Under the pieces are notes generated by a model. It was given only the letters and a program-made list of their open reading frames with translations. It did no database searches and was not told the DNA's origin. DNA of 64,000 bases, taken from IMG/VR virus record IMGVR_UViG_3300027770_000038, positions 48,806 to 112,805 of that record, one strand, 5' to 3'. Each line of letters opens with the position of its first letter. Within the stretch, counting starts at the first letter, position 1. Both the position numbers and the translations under genes were made by a program. Origin of the DNA: a virus. Its lineage: Duplodnaviria > Caudoviricetes. Below are positions 40,601 through 49,500 of this stretch, one piece after another.

Positions 40601-42051
40601 TACCAAATGACCAAGCGATTTTTAATTTTAACGACTTAAGCGATGACACTGGCAAAGGCTTTGATTCTACGTCATATAATGCTTATCTAATCGCCGTAGA
40701 TTCCCTGATGTTCGCTTGGCAGTTTAATTCAAATGCAGGAGCAGTAAGAAATATTTTAGATTACTATTCTAGTTTTATTGATAAAGAGAGCATTCAAGGC
40801 AAAAAGTATGCTCAAATTAGTGATCCAATTATTATAAAACAAGAGGTATCAACTCCAATATCTTTCTCATTAGAATCAGTACTGAAAGATGCGGACACAA
40901 GGTATATTCATTTTACAATTAACAAAACAATATTAACTGAAAGCACATTTGATACTAGCGTTAATACGCTCTCCTTTCCAGCTTATGCAATTTCTAGAAA
41001 GAGCGTAATTTATAAGCCTACTACAAACGCAAACCTATTAGCAGGAGCTAAAGATAATAGAGTATTATCTTCAGATCCAGATGGCACTATGGCTTATTAT
41101 AAACTCTCTTTGCAAAATAGAGATAATATACCTAATGTCTCTATATCTCCAAAAATACCCACAGGCAAGAGAGCTTATGTTTTAAATGGAAATAAGATTT
41201 TCACAAGAGCTTTAGTTGCTGACGCTGCTGCTCCTGTAAAATTATTAAAAGGAGTAGAATCAGAATTAGTGACTTCTAATGTGTTCAGTTCTAAAGTAAA
41301 AATCAGCAATAGTTCTTTTGGCGAAGGAGGCGAAGAATTCTTTGATATATCTATTACTAGACTGAACAACTCAACATTTACTGGTAATATAAAGAGCCTG
41401 ATCCCTGACAATATAAACACTTATTTGATCCCTATAAATGCCGCAACTTCGAACACAGAAGCTAATGCAAAAGCAGTATTCAACAATGTATTAAATGATG
41501 GACTACTTAACTCATCTTTTAACGCTGTAAACGTAACTCCTGAAAATAATTTTTCTGAACTTGGAGTTAGTACTAAATCTGTTGAGATATTCATAAATCC
41601 ACAACCAAAAGACTTTACTATTTATACTATAAATAAAGCAACTACTGATTCATTGAGTAATGGCATAGCCACTTCGTTTTATGCTGGAGTCCCCGTTTTA
41701 GAAAACGAGTCTTTATCTGTTTCTTTTGCAATTGGAAATGTCAATAAGACTAAAGCTATAAAAGTGTATTGCTTCGCAGGAGAAGACTTTGTCGCCAGCG
41801 AAGTAGATAAGACTCAAATAATCCCCGGAGATGATAATATTATTAAGATCACCTTAAAAAACGTACCTTATGCAAATTATTATACTTATATTGGCAGTTA
41901 CGCTGCGACCACATCAATAACTAATCCATACTTCTGGAAGTTTAAGAGCCCAAAGAATTTAGCTTTTGCACATTTAAATTTCAAAAATCTATTTCCTAAA
42001 TATAATTTCCACATTCAAGCCTTAGAACTATCAATAGTAATAACTTACTAA
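34690..42051 (+). CDS. Lambda gpJ-like central tail fibre / tip attachment protein with large insertions
   Basis: 'DLLSEGPIGGL', 'VKVPANYDP', 'WDGEFK...WTDNPAWCFYDLLTNKRYG', 'DKWSLYQIAKYCDELVSDGFGGVEPRF', 'AFGCTSRGQAQRLGRW'. Confidence 0.92.
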   Translation: MNNFEDFKYIKGFGGGGGASSQSPSPTSAYEDVEGFVYDGLAYNVYQFAKVKDLLSEGPIGGLLEGQYLFSGQVGDLGFKKVTYNEYPSVIGSDGESKYLRSVQWNQTPLLDSQDKYNFQQIDIQVTNGTPVGTSSGGEFDNVSYIRSIGERLRGPNQLATTEDDVLDYQRSYRILNRECKKMSLVFRVSSLYIALKYQDLEAVQEKGFKIEGVTAANKTNGNFTLDPSTREVELTDGKTLDAGVGSVIRHNFKIRVRISPIYKEGYNGNSATIPLTSDKVKVVNDAKDLVVSVDSFPQVFEIQSKGKVTQGYSKQVIFDASSKFLSLNDNENWLGWDISVLKITPEDTYSSRVSFVNLESITEIYSSSFRYTNSAIVTSKFNAAYFSKIPERSYDVKLLKVKVPANYDPITKTYGNTTPLSITETNSFKKTDKVITTDFFIGENNSYANSDNVNPPITDGLIAQFDASNPSLTTSAGGEVTSWPNTVAGTIKCVLGNGTYAAPAGTTARPKYGSSHSEQSPNGNYGVSFTTSQKARFVYQTEEASFSDASNNYTIFTVCKWHDSATSAERNKIISSSTTPSSFVLGFDAKFNSTFVIGAQVYGVMPINYYQFNRSNYWDTSNDTNTYIVGASVNNLKDINIFWQNTNHYAKPVFAVAAPKGLAINSAGATSRCTVFEILVYSKALSKSDGIKIRNWLNNKWNVTRNSVSTTTTTGSYNTNVLNVGASTYLKMPLKTLCANGQATKAYSYAGGNLAPSNYYQFDLIPQRYWKNSTAPSSFSLKDQGFCSFYCDFFIKLSASTSNGNYTLIHRDNQFNLSMTIAGQNVSLILTIISSNDGKKYTITKALDSTRYSTTRLKDAFTRISFYVLPKVVKPSISYNANAAKVTNINISDKNWTNGDIAVTRVTTNENEKALAQELKDFYLVKAVSFKEDTSYSSEISNLPETCYKYIYCGFFSSMAQLGGRSSPYSPVVERRLTKEYFPDILNAEIDVLVNLEKQIQCNINIANYSSYQTLCVGALLRPNSDTTFQNEINQRVQISAISQAALDAYNKLDAHKTFDGSSTSITLDSSQEQVKVLIPLAAGQIYDAANTKTGPFIPSYFIANNNQIEIFTDKSVEFGGKIQGFADSIRVNQIDFDRLSLAQAFARNLFSEGLSRKTVVYDAAGVLPYSTSNDYWDGEFKTNKEWTDNPAWCFYDLLTNKRYGVGNYVTENDVDKWSLYQIAKYCDELVSDGFGGVEPRFTCDLYIQSQDDALKVLSDMASVFRGMFYYSNGFIYAINDMPEETPIYSFTNSNVVDGNFNYESTSLKDRNSAVYVRYIDKNNFYKPAVEYVENIEAVRKFGFKETELTAFGCTSRGQAQRLGRWLLASEYNETETVSFESGPECVYLKPGDVIKVHDYNRKYKTVGGRLNNINISGGVNATTGILALDRKLDFNFSGNRNYKLTILSPKYNLDPSFQGAVTSNNDYNEYRKPLTNSFIINSGNLITGQYYDSIRITGLAPVMASGLNVTGLSYFTGASGMSPKSITWALENSGNLNGSTDSDYDFYRVFRIQESTEGSSYTVMGSQMYHLKYAQIESGLNITPAKAPAPEASAPSRALFTLGVTESNGVIDQSKVSVEIFYDSSIKDTTIGFKIFNKAFYGSDFNPNSSSDFTFVPIDIYESYVRTALDKEKIKGSIRIYGTNINNSSPLSYVEASSSDNSSEIFVSPIVAITYDDVNTSSSITVNNKVYSFGSPITLTKSEYFQSSIPSQVQSIKPSESLSFNIPLQFIKNPNKFNNLDYPYRIVIIPEKVDTKGAFSTIYDKYLNSSASWEEYLTFDEDSTDDNIYNYKTSNVLGRYRDFSLAIDKRTFTDSGMKSTSNDFKNADGFLLVTYDNQDLNLKASLNAILNDTRATYSIVTSQGSNRLRFTIQQNSASSFINAFYLLLIPSDSTFKFGVNSINHNSDGTPLSINDATGKEIIDSHFVTIPNDQAIFNFNDLSDDTGKGFDSTSYNAYLIAVDSLMFAWQFNSNAGAVRNILDYYSSFIDKESIQGKKYAQISDPIIIKQEVSTPISFSLESVLKDADTRYIHFTINKTILTESTFDTSVNTLSFPAYAISRKSVIYKPTTNANLLAGAKDNRVLSSDPDGTMAYYKLSLQNRDNIPNVSISPKIPTGKRAYVLNGNKIFTRALVADAAAPVKLLKGVESELVTSNVFSSKVKISNSSFGEGGEEFFDISITRLNNSTFTGNIKSLIPDNINTYLIPINAATSNTEANAKAVFNNVLNDGLLNSSFNAVNVTPENNFSELGVSTKSVEIFINPQPKDFTIYTINKATTDSLSNGIATSFYAGVPVLENESLSVSFAIGNVNKTKAIKVYCFAGEDFVASEVDKTQIIPGDDNIIKITLKNVPYANYYTYIGSYAATTSITNPYFWKFKSPKNLAFAHLNFKNLFPKYNFHIQALELSIVITY

Positions 42052-42052
42052 A

Positions 42053-42751
42053 ATGAAACACTACATAGTATATTTTATAAATGGCAGCTACAAATACTTG
42101 CAGTCTTCTCTTAATTTAATGGATAACCTAGATAGGCTTCATCTTGTAGGAGTAGACTACGAAGTAGTTGATTATATTGTACCATTAGAAAAACATATTG
42201 ACCAAAGCGTACTAGAATATAGAAAATTTTTACCTGATGGCAATTCGATATGGAAGAAAGAAGAGCTTATTAATAAAAGAGTAAAAGAAATCACTTCTAA
42301 AAGAAACGCTTTGCTTCAAAAGCTTGATATTGATTTTATTATATCATTGGAGACTCCTAACAATAAACAAACAGAGATTATCAAAAGGAACAAAAACTTT
42401 TTAAGAGAACTCTCTTGCAGGACAGAAATGCATCACGTTCATGACTGCGAAAAGATCCACAAGTTTAATGCGTTTTATAATATAGTAGACATAGAAATTA
42501 TTGACTCCGGTTACGGATGCTCAGAACCTGTTCCTTCTGTCTCTATAGCTCAACCTGAAGAAAATGAGTTTAATTATGGACTAATCGCTTCTGCTCATGC
42601 TATTAGAGGATCAAAAGGAGAGCTTCTTTCAGTAAGGATGGAAAAGCTAGGTAGTGGTTACATTTCAGATCCAGAGATTAAAATCAGCGGATACGAAGGA
42701 GAAAATACTAAACATCCTATTCTAAAAGCAGTGGTTTCGAATATAATGTAA
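42053..42751 (+). CDS. Putative tail fibre assembly/accessory protein
   Basis: 'KRNALLQKLD' helix like phage tail fibre assembly proteins, and a C-terminal 'GSGY..P' beta motif. Follows gpJ. Confidence 0.45.
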   Translation: MKHYIVYFINGSYKYLQSSLNLMDNLDRLHLVGVDYEVVDYIVPLEKHIDQSVLEYRKFLPDGNSIWKKEELINKRVKEITSKRNALLQKLDIDFIISLETPNNKQTEIIKRNKNFLRELSCRTEMHHVHDCEKIHKFNAFYNIVDIEIIDSGYGCSEPVPSVSIAQPEENEFNYGLIASAHAIRGSKGELLSVRMEKLGSGYISDPEIKISGYEGENTKHPILKAVVSNIM

Positions 42752-42753
42752 GT

Positions 42754-43581
42754 ATGACAGATGTATTATTTTGTTTTGGTGATGAGTTTATTTATTCTAA
42801 TAATTTAGCGAATTGGTCAACAATAAATCCCGGTCAAGAGATTGAAATAATGGGGAACCTAGAGAAGTTCTCTGTCGTCCGCACAAATGTTATTAATTAC
42901 AATAAAGTCTTTACAGTAGAGTCGAATTCTACAATTAAAATCGATAGCGACATTAAAGATTTAGTTCTGGATGGAGATACTATTGATTGTTATTTTGTTA
43001 CTTATTATACTGTATTAATTAATGAGATTACCGAAGCTGGGTCTGGATATAAAGTAAATGAATATGTTAACATTAATAAAAATGCTTATTTCGATTCTAG
43101 CAACGATAGAAATGAAAGATCTATTCTCCAAGTCAAATCTGTTGATAGTAACGGAGGTATTACTGAACTCCATTTAATAAATAATGGAAAATTCACTCAG
43201 AATTTCGAGCAAGCAGACCTAGATGGCGGCTCTGGCAAGGGAGCGAAAGTAAGCCTAATCCTAGGTAAGCACGACAAAAAGGTTTTAAAATTCTTCTCAG
43301 TATTAAACGTTAAGCGAGAACAGGGTTCTACTTTTGTAGAATTGGATGAAAAAATTAAAGATACCTTCCTTACTGGTGAGATTTATATAAAACGATATCG
43401 CATCACTTTAAATAAACCTACAGGCAAAGAATACTCTAGCCATCCTTTTATTCTTAAAGTAGAGAAGACTCCTTTTTTAAACTTGCCACTAGCCAAAGAT
43501 AACAATATAGAGCAAATCTATAATCAGGCTATACTGACTATAGACTCTAAGATTAAAGAATTATCTACTGGAGTAAAGTAA
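42754..43581 (+). CDS. Hypothetical structural protein
   Basis: 'ITEAGSGY' and 'GGSGKGA' motifs common in virion proteins. Its 3' end overlaps that of the tape measure gene by 21 nt. Confidence 0.5.
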   Translation: MTDVLFCFGDEFIYSNNLANWSTINPGQEIEIMGNLEKFSVVRTNVINYNKVFTVESNSTIKIDSDIKDLVLDGDTIDCYFVTYYTVLINEITEAGSGYKVNEYVNINKNAYFDSSNDRNERSILQVKSVDSNGGITELHLINNGKFTQNFEQADLDGGSGKGAKVSLILGKHDKKVLKFFSVLNVKREQGSTFVELDEKIKDTFLTGEIYIKRYRITLNKPTGKEYSSHPFILKVEKTPFLNLPLAKDNNIEQIYNQAILTIDSKIKELSTGVK

Positions 43582-46500
43582 TCCTCCGGGTCTCTTTTGT
43601 TCGACCAATACTTCAACAACTTTGCTTCTAAGTAACTCAGCAAGTTTGCCATTGTTTTGCATGCTGTTCTGATCGGTTTTGGAATTGGATGCGCCTTTTT
43701 GAGTGCTGGAGTTAGCTTCAGAGGTAACTTCGCCGCCTTGAGACATGTTGATTGAAATATTATTTACTACAGACATGCCAGACTCTTGGGTAGCTCCAGC
43801 AAGAGAAGACCTTCCTGATTCTGATTGAGTTATTCCCGAATCCTTAGATAAGTTATCATTTAAAGTATTCAATGCAGTTACTAATTCATCCATGCTAGAA
43901 GACTGGTCTGTATTACTTTGACCACTATAACTTGTGCCAACCATCCCGCCGCTAGCATATTTAGGAAGAGACCCAGAGTTTAATTGACCCATGAAATCTT
44001 TGCCGTACATATCGACGGCTTTTTTATTCATGACGTATTCGCCGCCCATTAACAAAGCGGGAATATTGTCTTGGCCTGTAGAGCCGCCGCCAGCAAATTT
44101 AGCAATATAACCACCATTAGCTCTGCCATATTTTTTATATTGAGAATTTAATTCAGCCTGACTAAACCCAGAACCTCCGGGTTCTAATCCTGCTCCGGGG
44201 ATATTTGAAGGAGTAGGACTTTTTCTTAAACTCTCTGCACCCGCTGTTAATCCAGCAGCGCCTATTTGAACAGCAGCAGCAGTTAATCCTGAATAGAAAG
44301 TGCTATTTACTTGATTTTTATAGTTTTTAATACTCTGCTTTTTATCTCTCTCATATTGCGCTCGGTCTTGTAAGTATTGATCGAGCTTCTCATAGCGGTC
44401 TTCTCTTAGCTTGTTTTGAGGATTACTGTCGTCAGTTAGGGCTGCGGCTGACAATCTAGAATCAACAGCGTATTCTCCAGAAGTTGGGCGATCAGGATTA
44501 TCGTACAAGAATTCATTTTGTAATGGGCCAATAGAGAATCCTCCAGTTGCATATCTTGGGACGGCTCCACCATTTAAATTTCTTAAATAGTCAGTTCCAT
44601 ATTTATCAACAGAAGATTTCTTAATGACATACTCGCCGCCGCTCATCATCGCGGGCACATCATCTTTCATCCCAGAGCCGCCAGTAACCATACCTCCAGA
44701 ATTATAGCCTTTAATTGGTCCTCCATCTTTTCTACCAGTAGCATAAGCCTTACCAAAAGCAAACAAAGCATCAACCCCCATCTCTAAAGACTTATCAAGC
44801 ATTCTATTTAAGATGCCTTGGAACATGTCTCTAAATGCATCCTTAAGGGTTTTAGTGCCTTTGATAGCTTCGCCAAATGCGCTGCCAATACCAGACTTAA
44901 AATCAGTTTGAAATGTATCAATTAGTTGACCAGTGTCTTTTGCGAAGTCTGCTCTATTGTAAGTGGTATTTTTTTCAGTGATAGCTCCTATATCTACATT
45001 CCCTTGTCGAGCTTCGCTTTCAATTTCAGCATTAGCAAAAGCCGCTCTTTCGTCTTTGAAAAACTTTTTACCATATGCTTTTTTATAATACAAATCGAAA
45101 TTATATTTGGCATTATCATTTTCTACCTGTAAACCTTTTTCTCTTAGCTCAATCTGCTTTTTTAAAAGCCTAGCCTCTTGTTCTGCGTTTTGATTTTTTT
45201 GAGCTAATAAACCTTCAACTTCTTTATTAAGAGCAGCAAGCTCTTCAGCATTACGAGTTCTAATAGCTCCACGCGCATTTACTTGGTTTACGTTCGCTCT
45301 TGTTCTCGCTAGTTCTTCAGGGACTTGCGGGTTTGGTTGACTATTAAATTCATAAAACTTAAATTGTTTTTGTGCATCAGTAGTTGTTTTTTTACCGGAC
45401 ATTAAAGGAGACTCGGCCTCTAAGCTTCTTTGTCTGCGAGAATTTTCTTTTAAAGATTTTAAATCTTCAATAGACATTTGTTGGCCGAATTCTCTAAAGA
45501 TTTGTTTCGCAAGCCCTTCATAAGTGGTAGTTAAATAATCTTGTTTTCCCGGCTCGTTGAACCTATTCATGTCGCCTTTTAAGTTTCCCAAAAGTTGTTC
45601 CAATTGTCTTGTATCCATCCCTTCATATTTGCTGTTTGCTACTGTAGACTTAGCTTCTTTTAATTTAGTTTCTGCTTCATAAGAAATTTGTGCGCTTTTA
45701 CGAGAAGATTGTACAGCCTCTTCTTCTGTTTGATATCTTTGCAAGCCAGTTAAAATTTCATCCATTGCTGTTGGTGGTTGATATATTTGTAGTTCTTTAG
45801 GTTGAATAAGCGGTTGGACCTCTGCTTGCTTAATAGTTTTAAGGCTTTCTAAATAACTTTCTATATCTTTAATCTGTGCTGTCGTTGATAATTTTCTTTC
45901 TATATTATCTATAAATTTTACCTCTTTAGGTAGATTTGTTAAATCTCCTGTTTGATCTATCTTATCAGAAATAGCTCGTCTAATATCAGGGGCCGCAATT
46001 GGTAAAAGATTAGATCTTTCACTCAAAAGAGTCGCCCTTTGCGTGTTTGTAGAAAGTTTATTGATGACTCCTGTTAGAGACCCAGTCAATTCATCTAATT
46101 TAGAACCCACTTGGGTTGTTATAACTTTATTAAAGTTTTCATTTATACTAGTTGGCAAAGCGCTTGCTAAAAGCTCATTTTGTTTTTGAGTTAAATCATT
46201 TAAATATCTCGCCTCTTGTTGAAGGACATCAAGGTAAGTTCCCATATTTTCTAACTTAAATTGAGAAGCAATTTGATCTAAAGCAGTTTTCACTGCGCCT
46301 TGGTTAGCTTGATCAAAAGCTGTACCCAAAGCAGTGCCTTCTGTTGATTTTCCTGTTTGAATTTCAGTAAGATCTTTAGCTAAATTTAAACTATCTCTTA
46401 TTTGCTTCACTCTGCCAGCAATTGCTGTAGCTGCTAATGGATTTAAATCAGAGGAAACTTGTTTATTAAAGCTTTGAGCATTTGCAAATCCAGCAGGAGT

Positions 46501-49500
46501 TTCGGTTCCTCTATTTAACTGTAATTGATTAGTTAATACGTCTAAAAACTTAAAAGAAGTAGATCCCTTTTGAGCGGCACTTCCAATAGCATTAGTTTGT
46601 CTAAATTCTGAAACTAATTCAGAAAGACTATCGAAAAGATCAGATACCCCAGACTTGCCAGTTGAACCCAAAGCTTGGGCACCACCAGCAAAAGAGAGTC
46701 TTTGATTTAAAGCTAATGATTGTTTTTGATATTCTCTAGAAGCTTTTTGTATGTCTAAATCTACATCGCCTTGAGCTTTAATTCTTGCAAGTTCATTTTG
46801 CAATTCGCTAAAAGAACTATCAAGGGACTGTATCAAAAGTTCAGAAGTTTCTTTTGTAAACGCTTTTTCCGGTCCCGTACTTTCTATTATTCGTTTTTTT
46901 AATGACTGTGTTATTGTGGAGACATCTCCTCCTGCATTTACCTGCCTTAATCCTTCGCTAATAAGAGGAGTTAAATTATTTATTTGTTGTTGAAAGACTG
47001 ATCTTTCTTTTTGAATAGCCTTATCATCTCTAGCACCTTCAATAGCTGGTACTATTTTTGACCTAGCTTCTTCAGCTTTTTTAGTAATAGAATCTGAAAG
47101 AGAATCAAGGAACTTACCTGTGGCGTCTCTTATTTGAGAATTTTGTCTTGTATTTATTTCATTGACGTCTAATTGATTTTGGATATCATTTTTCGCTCCT
47201 TCCCCGACAAAAGGAGTAAAAGCGTCTAAAGCACCTTTAACTCTAGCCCTTTGAGTGGAAACCACGCCCTCTGCTTGAATTTTATTAATCTCTCTAATTG
47301 TTTTAGCGCGGTTTTTCTCTATATCTATTTGATTAGATATTTGCAAGTTAATGTCATTATATTGGTTATTTAAAGTCTTAAGAGCTTCAGCATTAGCGAG
47401 AATTCTTTTTGTATTAACGTCAGAAATTTCAGAAAGAATTTTCACTTTTTTTGCACTATCAACGATAGCTAAACTCTGTTTCTGAAGTACATCTATAATA
47501 GATTTTACAGCAGTGACATCTAATTTGCCAAATGCACTATCAAGGATATCCGCGATAGACTCAGTAAGAATACCTTTATTTTTTAATTGAGCCTTTACAT
47601 CTCCTACAGATTGTCTATTTAAAGCTGGCTGTTCTCCGGTCTTTACGCCATAAGAATAAACACTTTGAGTAAATGTAGCTTGTTTTGTTAACTTTTCAAA
47701 AAAACTATTTAAATCTTCCGTAGCTGAGTCTCCTTTGAAATTTTTTGCGACAGATTCTGCGTCTATAGAAGAAGAGAATAAAGCATTTAACGATTTTTGA
47801 TCTTTTCCTGATACTGAAGCGTTTCCAAATATACTAGATGAATCTTTAATAACACTAGAAATAGCCAACTGTCTTTCTAAATTTTTCTGAGTGTTACCTA
47901 ATTCTTTATTAACTCCAGCAATGGCTTCAGAAACTTTAGTTATGTCTGCTCCTGCTTGTAATACTTTATTCCTAAATTCATCAGGAATTGAGCTAAGAGC
48001 CTCTGTTAAATTAGTTTGGAATTTTAATAAGGTTGCTGGTTTAGCTTTAGGATCATTTAAAGCAGATTGCAATCCCTCTAAAGAAGTAGCATAATTTTGA
48101 GCAGCGCCAGAAAAATCGGAAGCTTTTTGTTTAGTTATTTCTAGATTATTATTTATTTTTTCAATAGCTTCTGCTGCTTTGCTTTCTTCCAACTTACGGA
48201 AAAGTTGAACGAGGCCATAAACACCTCCTACAGCCATTCCCGGTAGACCGAATGCTGCTCCTGCGCCTACTGACGAAAGTACATCTCCTATTCCAGAAGC
48301 AGCAGCTTTTGCCGTTCTATTTTCTTTTGGAATAAACTCTGAAACTATATTCGCCAAACTACTTCCTAGGAAACCTACACTTGGACCCATTGTTTTTGAT
48401 AAAGTAGAGAATTTAGATCCTCCTTGAAACATTCCTTTCCCAAAGATAGGATCTTGAGTTCTTTTGAAATTATCTGTAGCTTCTTGTCTTGACGCTCTAG
48501 CTTCTTTTAGTTTAACTGCGGTCTGCTTTCTCTCTTCAGCAAGTTGTTTCCTTAATTCATCTAACCTTGCTACTTGTTCTGCGGATGCGGCTTGAGGAGT
48601 TCTTGATAATTTACGACTCAGTGGGTCCATTGTAAAAGGACCATTTACTAAAGCCCCAGTTGAAGTGCCTGTTAATCTTAATCTTTCGTCTACATTTGTA
48701 AAAGTGCTTTGTATTTCGTTTTGTATGGCTGCTTCTTTTTTTGCTAGACTTTTTGGAATTTCCCCTATTGATTGAGAATAAGAATTAACAGCGCTAATTT
48801 GTTCTTTTTTTACTGCTGCTAGCGAATCTTTAAAGTTTTTAAATTCTCCAGTTATATCTTTAATGGCTGAATAAAACAACATCAAAGCGCCAACACTTAT
48901 AGTAGCATCTACCCCACCAAATTCAGCAAAATTAGGAATATGCCCCTTTGCAGACATACCTTTTGTTTTGGGGTTTATGCCAGCTTTTTCTGCTAATCCA
49001 ATTCCACCATTAAGAGAACCTTCTGTGGAGTTATAAACTCCTAATCCCATTGGATTGAAGCTTGTCTTTAGTTTGCTGCTTTGGCCTACTTTAACTTGAG
49101 AAGAGGAGTATCCAGCGGCCATCTCTCTTCCTATTGCTTCTTGGACTGCATTAAAATTAGGTATATGACCTTTAGAAAAAGTATCAACTAAAGCCTCTAT
49201 TGCGAGATCTCCGTCAATAACGGCATCAATGAAAGACTGTTTATCATTTTTATAAAGATCTTTAATTTTGCCTTGAACCAAAGATAAAATATTTTTACCA
49301 AAAATCTCCTCTTCTTCCATGCGCCCAACATAGTTACGATTTGAAAATTTTAAATTTGTGCTTTTAGACAACCCTTTTTGTCTATAAGACAATTGAGGAT
49401 AAGCTATTTTAACTATATCTTCTATTGAAGTTTCTTCTAAAACATAATGCTTTTCTTTATCTTTGTCTCTTAAAAGAGCATATTGTTTTTGAGGAATGAC

